A stretch of DNA of 64,000 bases from assembly GCA_048940925.1 (NCBI GenBank), contig JBHLOC010000016.1, forward strand, positions 16,989 through 80,988, given 5' to 3'. Below are positions 59,674-64,000 of the stretch, piece after piece. The stretch is from Promethearchaeota archaeon. Its GTDB lineage: Archaea > Asgardarchaeota > Lokiarchaeia > Sigyniarchaeales > SOKP01. The notes below the pieces were generated by a model, which worked only from the letters and a program-made list of their open reading frames with translations, searched no databases and had not been told where the DNA came from. Numbering within the stretch: position 1 is the first letter of the stretch; the number at the start of each line of letters is the position of its first letter. Position numbers and translations under genes: made by a program.

Positions 59674-60030
59674 ATGACAAATATCGAAGAATTAGAGGAA
59701 TATGGTTTTAAAATCACAGGAGATTTGAAAAAAGGAAAAGTAGTTGTCGATATCTATACAGAATGGTGTGGACCCTGCCGTTTTTTAAGCCCTATCTTAG
59801 AAAAATTGAAAGGTGAAGGAATAATTCATTTGTTAAAAGAGGATCTAGATAAAAATAGACCACTTGGTGAAAGATTTGGAATTACAGCCATTCCAACTCT
59901 TCTCTTTTTCAACAATGGGGAACTTTTAAATCATCCCATAGAAGTTCAAGGACAGATATTAGTGAACAACGGGATAATGATCGGTGCTGCAGGAGAACAA
60001 GTTATTCGTGAAATCATTGAAAAAATGTAA
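59674..60030 (+). CDS. Thioredoxin
   Basis: WCGPC active site and AIPTLLFF. Confidence 0.92.
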   Translation: MTNIEELEEYGFKITGDLKKGKVVVDIYTEWCGPCRFLSPILEKLKGEGIIHLLKEDLDKNRPLGERFGITAIPTLLFFNNGELLNHPIEVQGQILVNNGIMIGAAGEQVIREIIEKM

Positions 60031-60274
60031 TTATCGTAAAACAAAACTGTCATAATAGAAAAAAATTATTTTTTATTTTTCTAAAATACAATTTCTAAAA
60101 CAGAATTAATATTAGAATAATATAGAATAAAAATTGTAATAATTCCTTAAGGAACTAAAATTATCCCAATAATCCAATTCAATGAGATAATGAGAAATCA
60201 TATAAATAATCTATTATTCAAATTATAAATTTTTTATTTAATGAAAGTTTTACAATATTTAATTTGATAAAATA

Positions 60275-60802
60275 TTGGAAAACAGCAATATGAATTATTC
60301 AAGAAAAGAAGTAATACAAACAGACGCAACTATGAATCAAATGAGAAATGCCATTTATGGTTTAGCTCGATTTATGGAGAAAAATGGAGTAACTGATATG
60401 AAGCATAAATTGAGGAAGATGGGAAAAAATATTGCGAAGACTTATATTCAATACTGGAAGCCTACTAATTTAGTTAATATCTCTAATATAAAAGACGTGA
60501 TTACAACAATTTATCAAAAAATTTTCAATAGTAGTATATCAATTGAAATAAATCAGGCGGAAAATTTAATAAAAATTCAAGATTATAAATGTGCTTTATG
60601 TAAATATCATTATGATAACTTAGAAATAGCTGGTTGTGAGATTATACTAGGTTTGGTTTCTGAAATAATTTCTCTTATAAACCAAGAATTTCAAGATCCT
60701 TCTTCCATATTTTTATTACCGTACAAGATAAAAGAATCTCGAGCATATGGAAATAAAGCATGTATTCAATTATATAAATACCGAATAGGGGAGAAAGGTT
60801 AG
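60275..60802 (+). CDS. V4R/Bet3(TRAPP)-fold small protein (alternative start ATG 60290)
   Basis: LRKMGKNIAK...IYQKIFN...CALC...GCEIILGLV...ESRAYGNKAC fits the V4R/Bet3-like pattern. Confidence 0.68.
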   Translation: MENSNMNYSRKEVIQTDATMNQMRNAIYGLARFMEKNGVTDMKHKLRKMGKNIAKTYIQYWKPTNLVNISNIKDVITTIYQKIFNSSISIEINQAENLIKIQDYKCALCKYHYDNLEIAGCEIILGLVSEIISLINQEFQDPSSIFLLPYKIKESRAYGNKACIQLYKYRIGEKG

Positions 60803-60804
60803 AA

Positions 60805-62277
60805 ATGGGAGCTTTTCAGTGGTTAATGAAAAAAATAACAAAAGCATTCGGTCGGTCTACAAATGCTCTATTTTATACCTTACTTTATAGAGAATTACTT
60901 AAGGAAATTAACGACATCACCAAAAAAGAAGAAGAAAGTCTTTTAGTTCTTAGAGAGATTGGAAAGAGAGCCGCCATCGAATCTTGTGAGCGACATTCAA
61001 GTATTTTTAAATTTATGCCAGGATCTCCAAAAAAAGTTTTAGATTATTTCGAGATTCTCTGGGTTGTTGTATTTGGTAGAGAATTAGATGATTATACATA
61101 TGAAGAAATTCCCAAAGCAGATTCAAAATATAATGATTATGTTTTAAACATAAAAAAATGCCCTATTTGTGCTGGTTATGGCAAGGATGACGAGGATTCG
61201 TTTGATTTCAATAACCTGAAAAGTAAAGAGACAGAAGGACTAGCTTGCGGTCTCTGTGGAATGTTAGAAACTGTTGCTAATTTTATATTAAAGGTAAAAA
61301 GGAATGATTACAGAATCCAAATAATAGAGCAAGATTGCATCGCCAAAGGAGGAAATTCCTTGCAATTTATCTGCAAAATACATGATATTAATGAATGGAA
61401 AGAATTGATGGCTTCGAGAGTTCAAGAAAAAGCAATATTAAGAACATATTTTGAAGAAGATTTAGAAGAAGAAGAGATTATTCAAGAAACAAAAATTGAT
61501 GTTATAGACAGACTCCAAGATGTTATCTCAATCGATAAATTAGAGGCATATCTTGATGAACCCTTGGAAAGTATAAAAGATAGTGTTGCTGATATTATTA
61601 GAGATAAATTGAATATGGAACCTGAGCATTTTTTTGATTATTTTAGAAATTATGAAGATGATATGATAAGAATAATTGGATATTTAGGCACACATCTCTT
61701 AAATGAATATGGAGGATTAGTGGAGAAATCTCTTAAAAATGAATGGTTTGCGAAAGTTCTAGGTTATATTTTTAAACAACTTAAAGAAATGACTTTGTTA
61801 TTTATTCCATTAGATGTAATTCGTGATTATAATGAATTATTAGTTAATTTTCTTGAAGGTTTAGCTCCTACTGAAATGATTGATAATGTTAGACAATTTT
61901 CAGGAAAAGATACGATTAATTACCTTTTTGAAGGGGCTCAAATGGCACTTGAAAACTTAGGGATTGATTTCTCTGAATTAAAGGATAATGTGTGGGAAGA
62001 ATTAAAAAAAGAACGTGAAAATGGATTAATAACTGCAGAAGCTTCTGCAGTTGAGAAAACACGTGAGAAAATGCCACAAATTATAAACTTAATTCAACAG
62101 TTTTTAATGATAATCAATGAGATTCTTACTTTGCCTATTAGAGTATTAATATCTGAAAGTCATTATGGTTTAAAAACAGCTATAAATTCAGTAGTTTCAG
62201 AAGAAGAGGGGTTATACGGTTCAATTCGAGAGCGTTTTGACAATATCTTTGATCAAATCGAAGAGATAAGAAAATAA
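60805..62277 (+). CDS. Protein with N-terminal V4R/Bet3-like domain and acidic helical C-terminal region
   Basis: LREIGKRAA...FEILWVVVFGRELD...CPIC...ACGLCGMLE...CIAKGG. Starts 2 nt after the preceding gene. Confidence 0.68.
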   Translation: MGAFQWLMKKITKAFGRSTNALFYTLLYRELLKEINDITKKEEESLLVLREIGKRAAIESCERHSSIFKFMPGSPKKVLDYFEILWVVVFGRELDDYTYEEIPKADSKYNDYVLNIKKCPICAGYGKDDEDSFDFNNLKSKETEGLACGLCGMLETVANFILKVKRNDYRIQIIEQDCIAKGGNSLQFICKIHDINEWKELMASRVQEKAILRTYFEEDLEEEEIIQETKIDVIDRLQDVISIDKLEAYLDEPLESIKDSVADIIRDKLNMEPEHFFDYFRNYEDDMIRIIGYLGTHLLNEYGGLVEKSLKNEWFAKVLGYIFKQLKEMTLLFIPLDVIRDYNELLVNFLEGLAPTEMIDNVRQFSGKDTINYLFEGAQMALENLGIDFSELKDNVWEELKKERENGLITAEASAVEKTREKMPQIINLIQQFLMIINEILTLPIRVLISESHYGLKTAINSVVSEEEGLYGSIRERFDNIFDQIEEIRK

Positions 62278-62348
62278 TGATATTTGTTAAATAAAATCAA
62301 TACTTTTTTCACATCTAAATTTTCATGGTTAGTGAAAATTATTTTCGA

Positions 62349-63794
62349 TTAAGTACCAATTTTTTGTTCAACACTGTAAATATCATATACCCAATCTACA
62401 ATATACTGAAAGAAAAAACGCTCTCGCAATACATCATAATGAGATTTTCCTCTTAAACTTGTTAATTTAGCAATATCCTCTGATTTGATTTTATTCTTAG
62501 CAACTAAATCCATCCGTGCCATAAATTGGTCTTTAAGCTTAATTCTCCGAAATATGATTGAAATCGCTTGCGAAATCTTTCTTATTATCTCTTCCAATTC
62601 GATTTTGTAATCTTGTTGAAATTCTTCAATGTTGTTCAAGAATTTCTTTATCTTTTTCAAAATTGAATTTTTATCATAATAATTTACAAGTTCTTCTGGA
62701 TTTAGAATTTCTGATAAAAACTCAATAATCTTATTTCTAATATCAATATCAATTTTAAAATTGACTAATTCATTTTCTAATTTACTTAAAAATTTTCTTT
62801 TTAGATATTGCTTGAATTTTATAATAATAGCTTCAGTTTCTTTTTGATCAGAGCATATTTCTATAATTTCTCCCTTGGGAGTGGAATATGTGAACCCTAA
62901 ACCTTGTGGTCCTAACCCACCAAGTAGAACCATTGATATGCTATAAAATTTATAATTATTACTTTTCAAGATATTATCTATGTTTTTTATTATATTTTCT
63001 GGTGATACAAGATGTTTTTTAATTTCACGAAATTCACGATTTTCCTCAATTCCATAATAAAATGTTCTATAAATTACATTAAATTCCATAAATTCTTTAC
63101 TGTTATTATATAAATTTACTTTTTCTTTCGCTTCTTCATTTTTCAAAAAATTGAAATTCTTATTGAAAATATCAATAAATCTCCTTATGGAACTCAAATA
63201 TCTTACACTAAGACCATATATAGTATATTGATTGAAAAAATTATTCTTAATATAATGAATTAAAGCATCTTTATCTTGGAAATTTAAATTCGGTCTACTT
63301 ATTATATGTTTATAAAGTTCTCGTGGAAAATTAAAATATACATAATATAAAAATGAATCTGATACCTGACCATACAAATCATTTAGATTAGCTAATAATA
63401 ACTTGTCTTTTTTAATTTTTTTTATTGAATTTTTTTCTGCTTCAGTTAATTCCTTTTCCAATAAACCATATTCATTACAAAATCTTAAAATATCAATTTG
63501 ATCTCCCAATGCTGAAGTTCGATATTCGGTAGAAATCTTATCTGTAAAATTCATAAGTAATTTAGATATAAATTCAAATCGTCTATTTATTTTTTTTACA
63601 TCAATAAAAATATCAAAATCAATAGAGGCACTAAATAACTTCTTAAAGTTTTTAATTTGTCCAATTTTAAGACATTTACCCAATTCCTTATAGTAAATTC
63701 TTTCAAAAATTTGCTTATCTCTGATATTTGAAGTTTTCATTTTAAATTGTTTAATATAATGATTTGACGACATAATATGAATCATAAGAAGCAA
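62349..63794 (-). CDS. Hypothetical protein (start may be ATG at 63740)
   Basis: Long ORF with one low-charge, motif-like block VLLGGLGPQGLGFTYSTPKGEIIEICSDQKE. No family recognised. Confidence 0.7.
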   Translation of the reverse strand: MLLMIHIMSSNHYIKQFKMKTSNIRDKQIFERIYYKELGKCLKIGQIKNFKKLFSASIDFDIFIDVKKINRRFEFISKLLMNFTDKISTEYRTSALGDQIDILRFCNEYGLLEKELTEAEKNSIKKIKKDKLLLANLNDLYGQVSDSFLYYVYFNFPRELYKHIISRPNLNFQDKDALIHYIKNNFFNQYTIYGLSVRYLSSIRRFIDIFNKNFNFLKNEEAKEKVNLYNNSKEFMEFNVIYRTFYYGIEENREFREIKKHLVSPENIIKNIDNILKSNNYKFYSISMVLLGGLGPQGLGFTYSTPKGEIIEICSDQKETEAIIIKFKQYLKRKFLSKLENELVNFKIDIDIRNKIIEFLSEILNPEELVNYYDKNSILKKIKKFLNNIEEFQQDYKIELEEIIRKISQAISIIFRRIKLKDQFMARMDLVAKNKIKSEDIAKLTSLRGKSHYDVLRERFFFQYIVDWVYDIYSVEQKIGT

Positions 63795-63841
63795 GATTAT
63801 AATAAATTCTTAACAAATATTACTGCTTAGATATTAGCAAA

Positions 63842-64000
63842 TTAATCCAAAAGCTCAGCTATTTTTTTAGAAACACTTTGGATATTTAAGAAAACCATGC
63901 CTAATGAGGCATCACTTCGAGCTAAAGTGCATAAAATTGCATTTTCTCCTGCTTTTGATAAAATAATTATCCCATCAAGGCCTTCAATGAGAATTCGTTT
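63842..64000 (-). CDS. Roadblock/LC7 (MglB-like) domain protein, C-terminal part (truncated by the window edge; not in ORF track)
   Basis: Reverse strand reads KRILIEGLDGIIILSKAGENAILCTLARSDASLGMVFLNIQSVSKKIAELLD*, the typical roadblock three strands plus LG helix. Confidence 0.85.
   Translation of the reverse strand, partial: KRILIEGLDGIIILSKAGENAILCTLARSDASLGMVFLNIQSVSKKIAELLD

Noticed and set aside
60143-60154. Perfect 12-bp palindrome TTCCTTAAGGAA upstream of the V4R/Bet3-like pair
   Set aside because: Single occurrence with no second copy noticed. A palindrome of this length is expected by chance in 64 kb of AT-rich DNA.
1-64000. CRISPR arrays, rRNA genes, IS elements
   Set aside because: No regularly spaced direct repeats, no long GC-rich structured RNA region and no transposase-like ORF were seen.

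Overview
AT-rich, gene-dense archaeal chromosome segment. It is most consistent with an Asgard archaeon of Lokiarchaeia type (inference from archaeal core genes plus a Rab-like small GTPase and longin-like, Bet3/V4R-like and roadblock proteins). Chromosome-biology genes: a partial smc-scpA-scpB operon, an expanded topoisomerase VI (B+A), GINS23, MCM, EndoQ and an orphan adenine MTase. Translation genes: two different ValRS in tandem, a mosaic LeuRS and tRNA-Ala(CGC). There are two MoxR systems: MoxR-vWA-SWIM, and a seven-gene pseudo-transglutaminase/Ig/DUF4129/DUF4350/MoxR/DUF58/membrane operon. Metabolic genes: a glycyl radical enzyme, coaBC, pyrE, cofD, an FbiB-like cofE fusion, LipS1-ligase-LipS2, bacterial-type TPI, hdrC and thioredoxin. 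Main observations: (1) the SMC arm is built of exact 90-aa tandem repeats, about one coiled-coil superhelical period, and appears elongated. (2) An N-terminal extension of ScpA missing from the ORF track carries a helix-extended-helix-like module 50% identical (14/28 aa) to a module in the tail of TopoVIB, suggesting a shared condensin/topoisomerase targeting module. (3) That extension, and the missing transmembrane N-terminus of the DUF58 gene, appear to start at non-canonical ATA/ATT codons placed exactly 6 nt after a GGTGA Shine-Dalgarno motif. No CRISPR array, rRNA or transposase was seen. All family calls come from motif recognition by eye, not database searches.
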